A stretch of 41,106 nucleotides of DNA from Betaproteobacteria bacterium (lineage in GTDB: Bacteria > Pseudomonadota > Gammaproteobacteria > Burkholderiales > SG8-39): NCBI GenBank assembly GCA_005888925.1, contig VBCP01000068.1, positions 1 to 41,106 of the forward strand, in the 5' to 3' direction. Under the pieces are notes generated by a model that worked only from the letters and a program-made list of their open reading frames with translations, had not been told where the DNA came from and did not search any database. A program made the position numbers and the translations under genes. Shown one piece after another: positions 1-8,708 of the stretch; positions within the stretch are counted from its first letter, which is position 1; every line of letters starts with the position of its first letter.

Positions 1-202
1 GCATGTCGAAGCGCAGCGCCACGTAGCCAAGCGCGGCGAAGAGCTCGGCCACCGTGCGCGAGGTAGTGCTGTCCTTGTTGCTGCCGAAGCCGTGCAGCAC
101 CATGAAGGCCGGCCGGCGCTCGCCCGACTTCATGTCGGCCGGAAGATGGAGGATGCCGGCGAGCTGCAGGCCGGCGCTGGAAAAGTGCACGCGTTGTTCC
201 AT
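1..202 (-). CDS. alpha/beta-fold hydrolase, N-terminal fragment (gene runs off the window start)
   Basis: Not in the ORF track. My translation of the reverse strand from ATG at 202 gives MEQRVHFSSAGLQLAGILHLPADMKSGERRPAFMVLHGFGSNKDSTTSRTVAELFAALGYVALRFDM. The 'vLHGFG' strand-turn is typical of dienelactone-hydrolase-like alpha/beta hydrolases. Confidence 0.55.
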   Translation of the reverse strand, partial: MEQRVHFSSAGLQLAGILHLPADMKSGERRPAFMVLHGFGSNKDSTTSRTVAELFAALGYVALRFDM

Positions 203-225
203 CGCGCCAGCATAAACTAGGGCCC

Positions 226-1129
226 ATGCGATGGCTCGTCCTCCTCCTCTACTGCGGGCTTGCGTGCGCGCAAGGCTATCCGTCCAAGCCGGTCAAGCTG
301 GTCACGCCCTTCCCGCCCGGCGGCTCAGCCGACGTGATCGCACGGCTGACGGCGCAGAGGCTCGCCGAGAACTTCGGCCAGCCGGCGGTGGTCGACAACC
401 GCGGCGGCGCGGGCGGGCTGGTGGGCACCGAATACGCGGCGAAGCAGCCGCCCGACGGCTACACGCTAGTCCTCATCACCGGCGCCTATCCGGTGCAGGC
501 GGCGATGCTGAAGTCGATGCCCTTCGATCCACCCGTTTGTCATCAGCGTGCGCGCCGATTCGCCGTTTCGCTCACTCGGCGACCTGATCGCCGCGGCGAA
601 GGCGCATCCCGGCAAGCTGAACTATCCCTCCTCGGGAATCGGCACGGTGCATCACCTGTCGGGCGAGCTGCTCAACGCCATGGCCGGCATCGACATGACG
701 CACGTGCCGTTCCGCGGCGGCGCGAGCCCGCTGACCGAGGTGCTCGGCGGGCGCGTCGACCTGCTGCTCGAGGCGATGACGCTGTCGATCGGGCAGATCC
801 AGTCGGGGAAGCTGCGCGCGCTCGCCGTCACCTCGCGCGAGCGCTGGAAGGCGCTGCCGAATGTGCCGAGCGTTGCCGAGACGGTGCCCGGGTATGAAGT
901 GAATTCGTTCATCGGCCTCGGCGCCAGCGGCGGCACGCCGCGCGAGATCGTCGAGCGGCTGAACGCCGAGGTGCGCAAGGCGCTCGCGAGCCCGGATACG
1001 CGCCAGCGCCTCGTCGATCTCGGCGGCGAGCCGGGCGCCTCGAGCCCCGACGAGATGAAGGGCTTCATCGAGCGCGAGATCGCCAAGTGGCGCGAGCTGA
1101 TCGCTGCCCGCCGCATCGAGAAGCAGTGA
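226..1129 (+). pseudogene. TctC/Bug-family periplasmic substrate-binding protein, frameshifted with a short internal deletion
   Basis: Frame A (226..) gives a signal peptide plus AQGYPSKPVKLVTPFPPGGSADV...KSMPFDP. Family similarity then continues only in frame B (FVISVRADSPFRSLGDLIAAAKAHPGKLNY...IEKQ, stop 1127-1129). The span is 904 nt, not a multiple of 3. About 13 aa between 'FDP' and 'VxVxxDSP' that intact paralogues here carry (e.g. FDPQGDFAPVTMVASAGQVLVVHPS at 5831..) are missing. Confidence 0.75.
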
Positions 1130-2028
1130 GATTTCGCCGGCTGGCCGTGCTCGCATCGACCGCGGTGACCGCCGCGTGGCTCGCGTTTCGCCGACGCCCG
1201 GCGCCGGGGCGGTTCACGCGGCGCATCTTCGTCGCGCGAGCCGGCACGCGCTTCTACCACCTGTACCTGCCAAAGGTGTATCGCGGCCAGTCGCTGCCGC
1301 TCGTCGTGATGTTGCATGGCTGCAAGCAGTCGCCCGAAGATTTCGCCGCGGGGACGCGCATGAACCAGGCGGCGGACGAGCTCGGCTTCATCGTCGCCTA
1401 TCCCGGGCAGGCCTGGCGCGCCAACGTCGAGCGCTGCTGGAACTGGTTCCGCGAGCGCGATCAGCAGCGCGATGCGGGAGAGCCCGCGATCATTGCCGGC
1501 ATCACCCGGCAAGTCCTTGCCCGCTTTAACGTGGATGTCCGGCGCGTGTACATCGCCGGATTGTCCGCGGGCGGCTCGATGGCGGCGATCATGGCCACGA
1601 CCTATCCCGAGCTGTACGCGGCGGTCGGCATCCATTCAGGTCTGCCCTACGCGTCGGCACGCGGCGCCGCTACGGCGGCCGCTGCGATGCGCTATAAGCG
1701 CCTCGGTGCAGCGGCGCCTCCCCCGGCGATCCCGACCATCGTGTTTCATGGTGACGCGGACACCACCGTGCATCCCAGCAACGGCCAGTACGCGACCGCT
1801 GGCGCCGAGGTGCACTCCGAGACCGGCGAGGCCGGTGGCCGCAGCTATACGCGCAGCAGGTGTCGCGGCGCGTCGCTGCTGGAGCATTGGCTGGTGCACG
1901 GCGCCGGCCATGCGTGGTCCGGCGGCGATGGCAATGCCTCGTTCGCCGATCCCAAAGGACCGGATGCGACCGGCGAAATGCTGCGGTTCTTCTTCCTAGC
2001 CCAGCGGCCCGAGGAACGGCTCGCCTAG
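1087..2028 (+). CDS. PHB-depolymerase-family esterase (alpha/beta hydrolase)
   Basis: 313-aa ORF with YHLYLP...PLVVMLHGCKQSPEDFAAGTRMN...GFIVAYPGQ...CWNWF...IAGLSAGGSMA (GxSxG nucleophile elbow), typical of the esterase/PHB depolymerase family. Start is uncertain: in-frame GTG at 1126 (overlapping the upstream TGA) or 1147 are alternatives to ATG 1087. Confidence 0.75.
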   Translation: MARADRCPPHREAVRFRRLAVLASTAVTAAWLAFRRRPAPGRFTRRIFVARAGTRFYHLYLPKVYRGQSLPLVVMLHGCKQSPEDFAAGTRMNQAADELGFIVAYPGQAWRANVERCWNWFRERDQQRDAGEPAIIAGITRQVLARFNVDVRRVYIAGLSAGGSMAAIMATTYPELYAAVGIHSGLPYASARGAATAAAAMRYKRLGAAAPPPAIPTIVFHGDADTTVHPSNGQYATAGAEVHSETGEAGGRSYTRSRCRGASLLEHWLVHGAGHAWSGGDGNASFADPKGPDATGEMLRFFFLAQRPEERLA

Positions 2029-3174
2029 GTACGTATCGCTCCGCGCTGGCGCCGACTCGGGCCAGCGGGCGTTATCGATCTTCGGCCGCTGCGATGCAGG
2101 CCGCGGCTTGCCGTCCCAGCCGATCTGCTCCATGTAGTAGTAGAGCTGGAACGCGAAGCCGTCCGGGTCGATGGCGAAGGCGCAGTAGTCGATGCCCGGG
2201 AAGAGCTCGGACGGCAGGTACTTGATCTCGGCGCCCTGGCCCTTGAGGAACGTGACAGCGTCCCGCAGTTGCCGGTAGCTGCCCATCTGCAGGCCGAACG
2301 ACATCAGCGTGGTATGCGCGCTCAGGCCAAGCTCGTCGCGCAGCGCGAGCGGATAGAGCGCCATACAGTGATGCTCGGTATTGGCGCGCAGGAACACGCA
2401 GCGATGCCCTTGGTATTCGACCTCCTCGGTGACGGTGAAGCCCAGATCGTCGCGATAGAACGCGAGCATGGCTTCCATGTTCTCCACGAACAGGCGCACC
2501 GGCCCATGCCGCACGATCTTGAACGGCCGCGCGACCTTTTCGATCGGGATGCCCTGCGCAGTCGCGTCGAGCACTTCGGCCAGCTCGGACTTGTGCGGCA
2601 GCTGCGGCGGCTTCGCGTAGCGCACGCCGTACATTTCGCGCGGCTTCGAATAGCCGTCCCAGCCGACTTGTTCGATGCCGTAGTAAAGCTCGTTGGTGTG
2701 CCCTTCCGGATCGGGCGGATAAAAGTGCCAGTTCGAGCCGGGCAGATCGCGTCCCGCGCGGCGGATCGGCTTGCCGCGTTTCGTGAACCAGTCGAAGGCA
2801 TCCGAGATTTCCTGCAGCGAACCGACCTGCCAGGTGATCTGATTAACGGTGCCTTGCGGCTTCGCCGCCCATGCGTTCACCGCGGCATAAGCGCCGCGTG
2901 GAAAGAACACGAACGAATGATGATCGGTGCCGTGGCGCGCGAAGTAACCGATGGTGGGCCCGACCTTACCGCGCTTGTCTTCGGGCAAGCGCGGCGTGAA
3001 GTCGAGCGGATCGGAAATGCGGAAGCCGAGCAAGCGGCAGTAGAAGTCCTTGCTGCGCTCCGGATCCGCAACGTTGAGGCCGAAATGGCCGAGGCGCCGG
3101 ATGCGGAACGGCCGCGGCCAGCGCACGCCGCCGAGGTCGAATTCACCCTGCTCTGCAGGCGAGTCGCGCTTCAT
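1996..3174 (-). CDS. two-domain VOC (glyoxalase / extradiol-dioxygenase-like) family protein
   Basis: 392-aa ORF with two repeats of the VOC module (RRLGHFGLNVADPERSKDFYCRLLGFRISD... and VRLFVENMEAMLAFYRDDLGFTVTEE...). Its 3' end overlaps the convergent esterase gene by 33 nt. Confidence 0.75.
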   Translation of the reverse strand: MKRDSPAEQGEFDLGGVRWPRPFRIRRLGHFGLNVADPERSKDFYCRLLGFRISDPLDFTPRLPEDKRGKVGPTIGYFARHGTDHHSFVFFPRGAYAAVNAWAAKPQGTVNQITWQVGSLQEISDAFDWFTKRGKPIRRAGRDLPGSNWHFYPPDPEGHTNELYYGIEQVGWDGYSKPREMYGVRYAKPPQLPHKSELAEVLDATAQGIPIEKVARPFKIVRHGPVRLFVENMEAMLAFYRDDLGFTVTEEVEYQGHRCVFLRANTEHHCMALYPLALRDELGLSAHTTLMSFGLQMGSYRQLRDAVTFLKGQGAEIKYLPSELFPGIDYCAFAIDPDGFAFQLYYYMEQIGWDGKPRPASQRPKIDNARWPESAPARSDTYLGEPFLGPLG

Positions 3175-3198
3175 GTCGCTAGTATAAGATCGCCTCGC

Positions 3199-4503
3199 AT
3201 GATCAGCGTCGAGCAGAACGAACTGATGACGCGCGTCGGGCCCGGCACGCCGTGCGGCAAGCTGCTGCGCCGCTACTGGCAGCCGGTGGCGCTCGCCGAC
3301 GAGATGAGCGGGCCGCGGCCGGTGAGGCCGGTTCGCATCATGGGCGAAAACCTGGTCTTATTCAGGCAGGAGAACCAGTACGGGCTGATCGAGCGCCAGT
3401 GTGCCCATCGCGGCGCCGATCTCGCTTATGGCCGCCTGGAAGACGGCGGACTGCGCTGCTCGTTCCACGGCTGGTTGTTCGACGTCAACGGCAGGTGCCT
3501 GCAGACGCCGGCTGAGCCCGCCGGCAGCCGGCTCTGCGAGCACGTGCGGCTACGCGCCTATCCGGTACAGGAAAAGAGCGGCATCCTCTTCGCCTATCTC
3601 GGCGAGGGCGAGGCGCCGGCGTTCCCGCACTTCGATGCCTTCGTCGCGCCCTCCGAGTACACGTTCGCGTTCAAGGGCTACTGGGACTGCAACTGGCTGC
3701 AGGCGCTCGAGGTCGGCATCGATCCCGCGCACGCTTCGTGGTTGCACAAATTCTTCGAGGACGAGGACCCGGCGGCGAGCTACGGCCGGCAGTTCCGCGG
3801 CCTGCCGTCGGACGCGCAGATCCCGATCTCCAAGCTGCTGCGCGAGTTCGATCGCCCCGAGATTCGCGTCGAGCGCACCGACTACGGCATGCGGCTGCAG
3901 ACGCTGCGCAAGCTGAGCGCTGCGCAGACGCACATCCGCGTCACCAACATTCTCTTTCCCCAGGCGTTCGTCATCCCGATGAACGCCGAGATGACCATCT
4001 CCCAGTGGCACGTTCCGGTCGACGACACCGGCTGCTACTGGTACTCGATCTTCACCAGCTTCGGCGCGCCGGTCGATAAGGACACGATGCGCAACCAGCG
4101 CCTGAAAACTTATCCCGCGCCGGATTACAAGCCTATTTTTGGAAGAAGCAATGGTTGGGGCTTCGACGCCGGCGAGCAGAAGTCGCAGACCTTCACCGGC
4201 ATGGGCTTCGACATCAACATCCACGACCAGTGGGCCTGCGAGTCGCAGGGGCCGATCGCCGACCGCAGCCGGGAGAACCTCGGCAGCACCGACAAGGGCA
4301 TCGTGCTCTATCGCCGGCTGCTGATAGAAGCGATCCGGAAAAACGACGCCGGCGAGCGGCCGCTGATGGTGCTCGATCAGCAAAAAGCGGTCGAGCTCAA
4401 GGGCCCGCCCGCGATCGACGGCATCGGCCCGACCGAAGGCATGGACGAGTACTGGAAGGTCGCGGACGAGAAGCGCCGCCGCCAGTCTGCCTGGGCGGCG
4501 TGA
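3199..4503 (+). CDS. Rieske [2Fe-2S] non-heme-iron oxygenase, alpha-subunit-only (phthalate-family-like) type
   Basis: The real start is ATG 3199 (MISVEQNELMTRVGPGTPCGKLLRRYWQPVA). The longer track ORF from 2269 is antisense to the VOC gene. Rieske motif CAHRGADL...(x)...CSFHGW lies at about 3400-3468. Mononuclear-iron motif E-x3-D-x2-H-x4-H is present (EVGIDPAHASWLH). Confidence 0.85.
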   Translation: MISVEQNELMTRVGPGTPCGKLLRRYWQPVALADEMSGPRPVRPVRIMGENLVLFRQENQYGLIERQCAHRGADLAYGRLEDGGLRCSFHGWLFDVNGRCLQTPAEPAGSRLCEHVRLRAYPVQEKSGILFAYLGEGEAPAFPHFDAFVAPSEYTFAFKGYWDCNWLQALEVGIDPAHASWLHKFFEDEDPAASYGRQFRGLPSDAQIPISKLLREFDRPEIRVERTDYGMRLQTLRKLSAAQTHIRVTNILFPQAFVIPMNAEMTISQWHVPVDDTGCYWYSIFTSFGAPVDKDTMRNQRLKTYPAPDYKPIFGRSNGWGFDAGEQKSQTFTGMGFDINIHDQWACESQGPIADRSRENLGSTDKGIVLYRRLLIEAIRKNDAGERPLMVLDQQKAVELKGPPAIDGIGPTEGMDEYWKVADEKRRRQSAWAA

Positions 4504-5864
4504 ACCTCCTCAAAGAGATCGAGAGCCGCGGCCTGAAGGCCGTGCGCTTCTCATTCGCCGACCAGCATGGCGTGCTGCGCGGCAAGACGCTCGCGGCGAG
4601 CGAAGCGAAGAGCGCGCTGGATCGTGGCGTCACGGTAACCAGCACCCTTCTGCTGAAAGACACGTCGCACCGGACCGTCTTCCCGGCTTTCACCCCGGGC
4701 GGCGGCGTCGGCATCCCCGAGCTGCAGGGCGCGGCCGATATCCTGATGATGCCCGACGCTTCGACGTTCCGCGTGCTGCCCTGGGCAGCGGACACGGGCT
4801 GGGTGCTGTGCGACCTGCGGCTGCAGGACGGCGGCGCGGTGCCGTTCGATTCGCGCGCCGTGCTGCGCGAGGCGCTCGAGAAGCTCGGCGACTACGAGTT
4901 CATCGCGGGCCTGGAGGTGGAATTCCACGTCTTCAAGATTGCGAACGCCCGCCTGCAGCCCGAAGACGCGGGGCAGCCGGGCACACCGCCGGACGTGGAG
5001 CTGCTCACCACCGGCTACCAGTACCTCACCGAGCAGCGCTACGACCTGATCGATCCGGTGGTCCAATTGCTGCGCGATGGATTGGCCGAGCTGCAGTTGC
5101 CGCTGCGCTCGTTCGAGGTCGAGTTCGGGCCGAGCCAGTTCGAATTCACGCTCGCGCCGCTCGGCGGGCTCGCGGCGGCCGACGCGATGGTGCTGCTGCG
5201 CAGCGCCGTCAAGCAGATCGCGCGGCGCCACGGCTACCACGCCACCTTCATGTGCCGGCCGAAGCTGCCGAACGTGATGTCGAGCGGCTGGCACCTGCAT
5301 CAATCGCTCGCGAAGGGCGGGCGCAATGCGTTCACGGCCGAGCGCGAGGATCTCTCGGAGACGGGAAAAAACTACCTGGCGGGCCTGCTCGCCCATGCGC
5401 GCGGCGCCTGCGCGTTCAGCACGCCGACGATCAACGGCTACAAGCGCTACCGGCCCTACTCGCTTGCGCCCGATCGCATCATCTGGGGCAAGGAGAATCG
5501 CGGCGCGCTGCTGCGCGTGATCGGCGGCCCGGGCAATCCCGCGACGCGCATCGAGAACCGCATCGGCGAGCCGGCGGCGAACCCGTATCTGTATTTCGCC
5601 TCGCAGATCTATTCCGGGCTCGACGGCATGGCAACGCGCCCCGGCCTGCCGCCTTCCGCCGACACGCCGTACGAGGCGAAGGCTGCGCTCCTGCCGCACA
5701 CCCTCGCCGAGGCCATCGCAGCGCTGCGCCTGGATAAGGCGCTGCGCGAGGGGATCGGTGAAGCGTTCGTCGACTACTACTGCAAGATCAAGGAGGCCGA
5801 GATCGCGCGCTTCAACCTGGAGGTCAGCGAATGGGAGCATCGCGAATACTTCGATCTCTTTTAG
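4500..5864 (+). CDS. glutamine-synthetase-family protein (gamma-glutamyl-amine ligase-like, PuuA/GmaS/IpuC/TdnQ type)
   Basis: GS-like sequence starts at VNLLKEIESRGLKAVRFSFADQHGVLRGK. An in-frame GTG at 4500 overlaps the Rieske TGA (GTGA). About 454 aa with GS catalytic-domain motifs (EVEFHVF, FEVEFGPSQFEF, MSSGWHLHQSL, ENRIGEPAANPYL). The track ORF start at 4155 lies inside the Rieske gene. Confidence 0.85.
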   Translation: MNLLKEIESRGLKAVRFSFADQHGVLRGKTLAASEAKSALDRGVTVTSTLLLKDTSHRTVFPAFTPGGGVGIPELQGAADILMMPDASTFRVLPWAADTGWVLCDLRLQDGGAVPFDSRAVLREALEKLGDYEFIAGLEVEFHVFKIANARLQPEDAGQPGTPPDVELLTTGYQYLTEQRYDLIDPVVQLLRDGLAELQLPLRSFEVEFGPSQFEFTLAPLGGLAAADAMVLLRSAVKQIARRHGYHATFMCRPKLPNVMSSGWHLHQSLAKGGRNAFTAEREDLSETGKNYLAGLLAHARGACAFSTPTINGYKRYRPYSLAPDRIIWGKENRGALLRVIGGPGNPATRIENRIGEPAANPYLYFASQIYSGLDGMATRPGLPPSADTPYEAKAALLPHTLAEAIAALRLDKALREGIGEAFVDYYCKIKEAEIARFNLEVSEWEHREYFDLF

Positions 5865-6805
5865 GCGCCGCGCTCGTCGCGGCCGCCGCCACGACCTGCG
5901 CGCAGACCTACCCGTCCAAGCCGATCCGTTTCATCGCGCCGTTCCCGCCCGGCGGCTCGAGCGATGTGCTGTGCCGGGTGCTCGGACAGAAACTCGCGGA
6001 TGTGGCGGGGCAGCCGGTGGTGGTGGAGAACCGCGCCGGCGCAAGCGGCAACATCGGCCACGAGTACGGCGCGAAGCAGCCGGCGGACGGCTACACGCTG
6101 CTGCTCTCGAACAATGCGGCACTCGCGATCAATCCGCATCTCTTCAAGCGCCTCGGGTTCGACCCGCAGGGAGACTTTGCGCCGGTGACGATGGTGGCGA
6201 GCGCGGGCCAGGTGCTGGTCGTGCATCCGTCGGTCGCCGCCACGAGCGTCCAGGAGCTGATCGCGCTTGCAAAGGCGCGGCCCGGGCAACTGCATTTCGG
6301 CTCGGGCGGCAAAGGCATTCCCTCGCATATCGCCGGCGAGACCTTCAAGGTCGCCGCCGGCGTCGACATCGTCCATGTCCCCTACAAGGGGACGGTGCAG
6401 GCCGTCGGCGATCTCGTGGGCGGCCAGGTGCAGCTCGTCTTCTCCGACATGGTGCCGGCGATCCCGCATATCAGGTCAGGAAAGCTGCGCCCGCTCGCGG
6501 TCACCGTCGCTCAGCGCTCGGCGGCGCTGCCCGAAGTGCCGACCATGGACGAAGCGGGCATGCCCGGATTCCGCTCGGTGGTGTGGTGGGCGGTGCTCGT
6601 GCCGCGCGGCACTCCCGGCGAGATCATCGCCCGGCTGAACGGCGTTTTCGGCCGCATCATGAAGCTGCCGGAGGTGCAGGAGCGCTATGCGTCGCTAGGC
6701 GTCTTCACCGAGCACAGCACGCCGCAGCAGGTCACCGAGCGGATAAAGTCCGACCTGCAGGAGTTCGCCAAGATATTGAAAGCGGCCGGCGTCGAAGCGG
6801 AATAA
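5831..6805 (+). CDS. TctC/Bug-family periplasmic substrate-binding protein
   Basis: 324 aa with a signal peptide then AQTYPSKPIRFIAPFPPGGSSDV...ENRAGASGNIG...HVPYKG, the hallmark Bug/TctC pattern. Overlaps the GS-like gene by 34 nt. Confidence 0.9.
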   Translation: MGASRILRSLLGAALVAAAATTCAQTYPSKPIRFIAPFPPGGSSDVLCRVLGQKLADVAGQPVVVENRAGASGNIGHEYGAKQPADGYTLLLSNNAALAINPHLFKRLGFDPQGDFAPVTMVASAGQVLVVHPSVAATSVQELIALAKARPGQLHFGSGGKGIPSHIAGETFKVAAGVDIVHVPYKGTVQAVGDLVGGQVQLVFSDMVPAIPHIRSGKLRPLAVTVAQRSAALPEVPTMDEAGMPGFRSVVWWAVLVPRGTPGEIIARLNGVFGRIMKLPEVQERYASLGVFTEHSTPQQVTERIKSDLQEFAKILKAAGVEAE

Positions 6806-6865
6806 GCGCGTTGCGCGAGTGATAATCGTGATCTGTCCCTGATTTTTCGCGCCTAAGGAGTTCCA

Positions 6866-7849
6866 ATGGAAATGCGCACCCTCGGCAAGAGCGGCATCAA
6901 GGTCTCTGCCGTCGGCCTCGGCCTGATGTCGATGTCGGGCATCTACGGCAATGCCAACGACGAGGAGTCGATCCGCGTGATCCACTACGCGCTCGACAAG
7001 GGCATCAACTTTCTCGACTCGGCCGACATGTACGGCTGGGGCCACAACGAGGAACTGCTCGGCAAGGCCCTGCGCGGCCGCCGCGAAGGCGTGGTGGTGG
7101 CGACCAAGTTCGGGCAGACCAAGAGCGCCGACGGAAGACAGGACGTGGACGGCAGCCCGGCGTACGTGCTGCGCGCCTGCGAGGCGAGCCTCAAGCGCAT
7201 GGGCATCGAGGTGATCGACGTCTACTACCAGCACCGCGTCGATCCCAAAGTGCCGATCGAGGAGACGGTCGGCGCGATGAAGCGCCTGGTGGAGGCGGGC
7301 AAGGTGCGCGCGCTCGGCCTGTCGGAGGCACGCCCCGACACCATCCGCCGCGCGCACAAGATCCATCCGATCGCCGCCGTGCAGAACGAATATTCCCTTT
7401 TGTATAGGAAAGATGGGGAAGAAACGCTCAGCGCAACGCGAGACCTCGGCATCTCGCTCGTTGCCTACGCGCCCCTCGGGCGCAGCATGCTCACCGGCTC
7501 GGTCAAGGGCAAGGCCGACCTGCCCGACGGCGACCGGCGCCTCGCGCATCCGCGCTTCCAGGGCGAGAACCTCGAGCGCAACGTCAAGATCGTGAAGCGC
7601 CTCGAGGAGATCTCGGTGGAGAAGAAGTGCACGCCGGCGCAGCTGGTGCTCGCGTGGCTCCTGGCGCAGGGCAAGGACATCGTCCCGATCCCGGGCACCA
7701 AGCGCAAGCAGCGCGTCGACGAGAACCTCGACGCGCTCGGGGTCAGGCTCTCGGCGCAGGACCTGAAGCGCATCTCGGAAGTGGCGCCGGTCGGCGCCGG
7801 CGCCGGCCCGCGCTACCCGGACGATGCGATGAAGCGGGTCTACCTGTAG
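6866..7849 (+). CDS. aldo/keto reductase
   Basis: 327 aa: MEMRTLGKSGIKVSAVGLGLMSMSG...FLDSADMYG...IDVYYQHRVD...LGLSEA. AAGGAG sits 5 nt upstream (6855-6860). Confidence 0.9.
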   Translation: MEMRTLGKSGIKVSAVGLGLMSMSGIYGNANDEESIRVIHYALDKGINFLDSADMYGWGHNEELLGKALRGRREGVVVATKFGQTKSADGRQDVDGSPAYVLRACEASLKRMGIEVIDVYYQHRVDPKVPIEETVGAMKRLVEAGKVRALGLSEARPDTIRRAHKIHPIAAVQNEYSLLYRKDGEETLSATRDLGISLVAYAPLGRSMLTGSVKGKADLPDGDRRLAHPRFQGENLERNVKIVKRLEEISVEKKCTPAQLVLAWLLAQGKDIVPIPGTKRKQRVDENLDALGVRLSAQDLKRISEVAPVGAGAGPRYPDDAMKRVYL

Positions 7850-7850
7850 C

Positions 7851-8708
7851 TTGACGCGTTCCGCCGCGGCCCGGTGGCTGCTGCTCGCCACCTTGTGGTC
7901 GCTGCAGTTCATCTTCATGCGCGTGGCCGTGCCCGTGTTCGGCACGGCGCCGGTGGCCGAAGCACGAGCGCTTTTTGCCGCTTGTTTTCTCCTGCCGTGG
8001 GCGCTGTGGATCGCGCGCCTGCAACTCGCGCCGCTCGAGCACTGGCGCGATTACCTGGTTGTCGGGCTTGCCAACAACGTCCTGCCCTTCCTCTGCTTCG
8101 CCTGGGCCGCGACCGTCCTGCCCGCCGGCTATATGGCGGTGATCAACGGCACCGTGCCGCTATGGACCGCGATCTTTTCGGCGCTGATCCTGCACGAGCG
8201 GCTGCGCGCCGCACGCGTCGTCGGCTTCCTCCTCGGCCTCATCGGTGTGGGCATGATCGTGAACCTCGGCCCACTGGAGCTCAGCTGGCAAATCCTTGCC
8301 GCCACCGCTGCGAGCCTCACTGGCGCCGCGCTCTGGGGGTGGGCCGGCGTGCTGATCAAGCAGCGCTACGGGCGCCTGCCGCCGATGGCCGTCGCCGCGG
8401 GCTCGGTCGCTTTCGCCGCCGCCATCATGCTGCCGCTCTGGACGCAGGCGCCACCGCTCGAAGCCTGGACGCCCGTCGCGACGGCCAACATGGTCGCGCT
8501 GGGGCTTCTCTGCACTGGCTTCGCTTACCTGCCCTTCTTCACCCTGATCCGCGATATCGGGCCCTGGCGCACGCTGAGCGTCGGCATGATCGTTCCGCTG
8601 CTCGGGATTTTCTGGGGCTGGCTGTTCCTCGGCGAAGCCGTGATGCTGGGCATGCTCGCCGGCGCGACACTGGTGCTCGTCGCGCTAGTGCTCGTGATGA
8701 AGCATTAA
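7851..8708 (+). CDS. DMT-superfamily (EamA-like) transporter
   Basis: 285-aa polytopic membrane protein with about 10 hydrophobic segments and two EamA-like halves. TTG start at 7851, 1 nt after the AKR stop. The first TM segment requires this upstream start. Confidence 0.75.
   Translation: MTRSAAARWLLLATLWSLQFIFMRVAVPVFGTAPVAEARALFAACFLLPWALWIARLQLAPLEHWRDYLVVGLANNVLPFLCFAWAATVLPAGYMAVINGTVPLWTAIFSALILHERLRAARVVGFLLGLIGVGMIVNLGPLELSWQILAATAASLTGAALWGWAGVLIKQRYGRLPPMAVAAGSVAFAAAIMLPLWTQAPPLEAWTPVATANMVALGLLCTGFAYLPFFTLIRDIGPWRTLSVGMIVPLLGIFWGWLFLGEAVMLGMLAGATLVLVALVLVMKH

Noticed and set aside
652-1635. 327-aa minus-strand ORF, plus 572..1156 minus
   Set aside because: Antisense to the TctC pseudogene and the esterase gene. 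R/A/P-rich with no motifs.
2269-3198. 310-codon N-terminal extension of the Rieske ORF (track ORF 2269..4503)
   Set aside because: The extension is antisense to the well-supported VOC gene and has no similarity to oxygenases. The family N-terminus (NELMTRVGPGTPCG...RRYWQP) begins at ATG 3199.
4155-4499. 115-codon extension of the GS-like ORF
   Set aside because: It is out of frame and overlaps the 3' end of the Rieske gene, with R/P-rich sequence. GS similarity starts at the GTG at 4500.
6806-6865. Possible terminator (GCGCGttGCGCG) and -10 box (GATAAT, 6821-6826) between the TctC and AKR genes
   Set aside because: The stem is only 4-5 bp with no T-tract, and the -10-like hexamer has no convincing -35. 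This is too weak to annotate.
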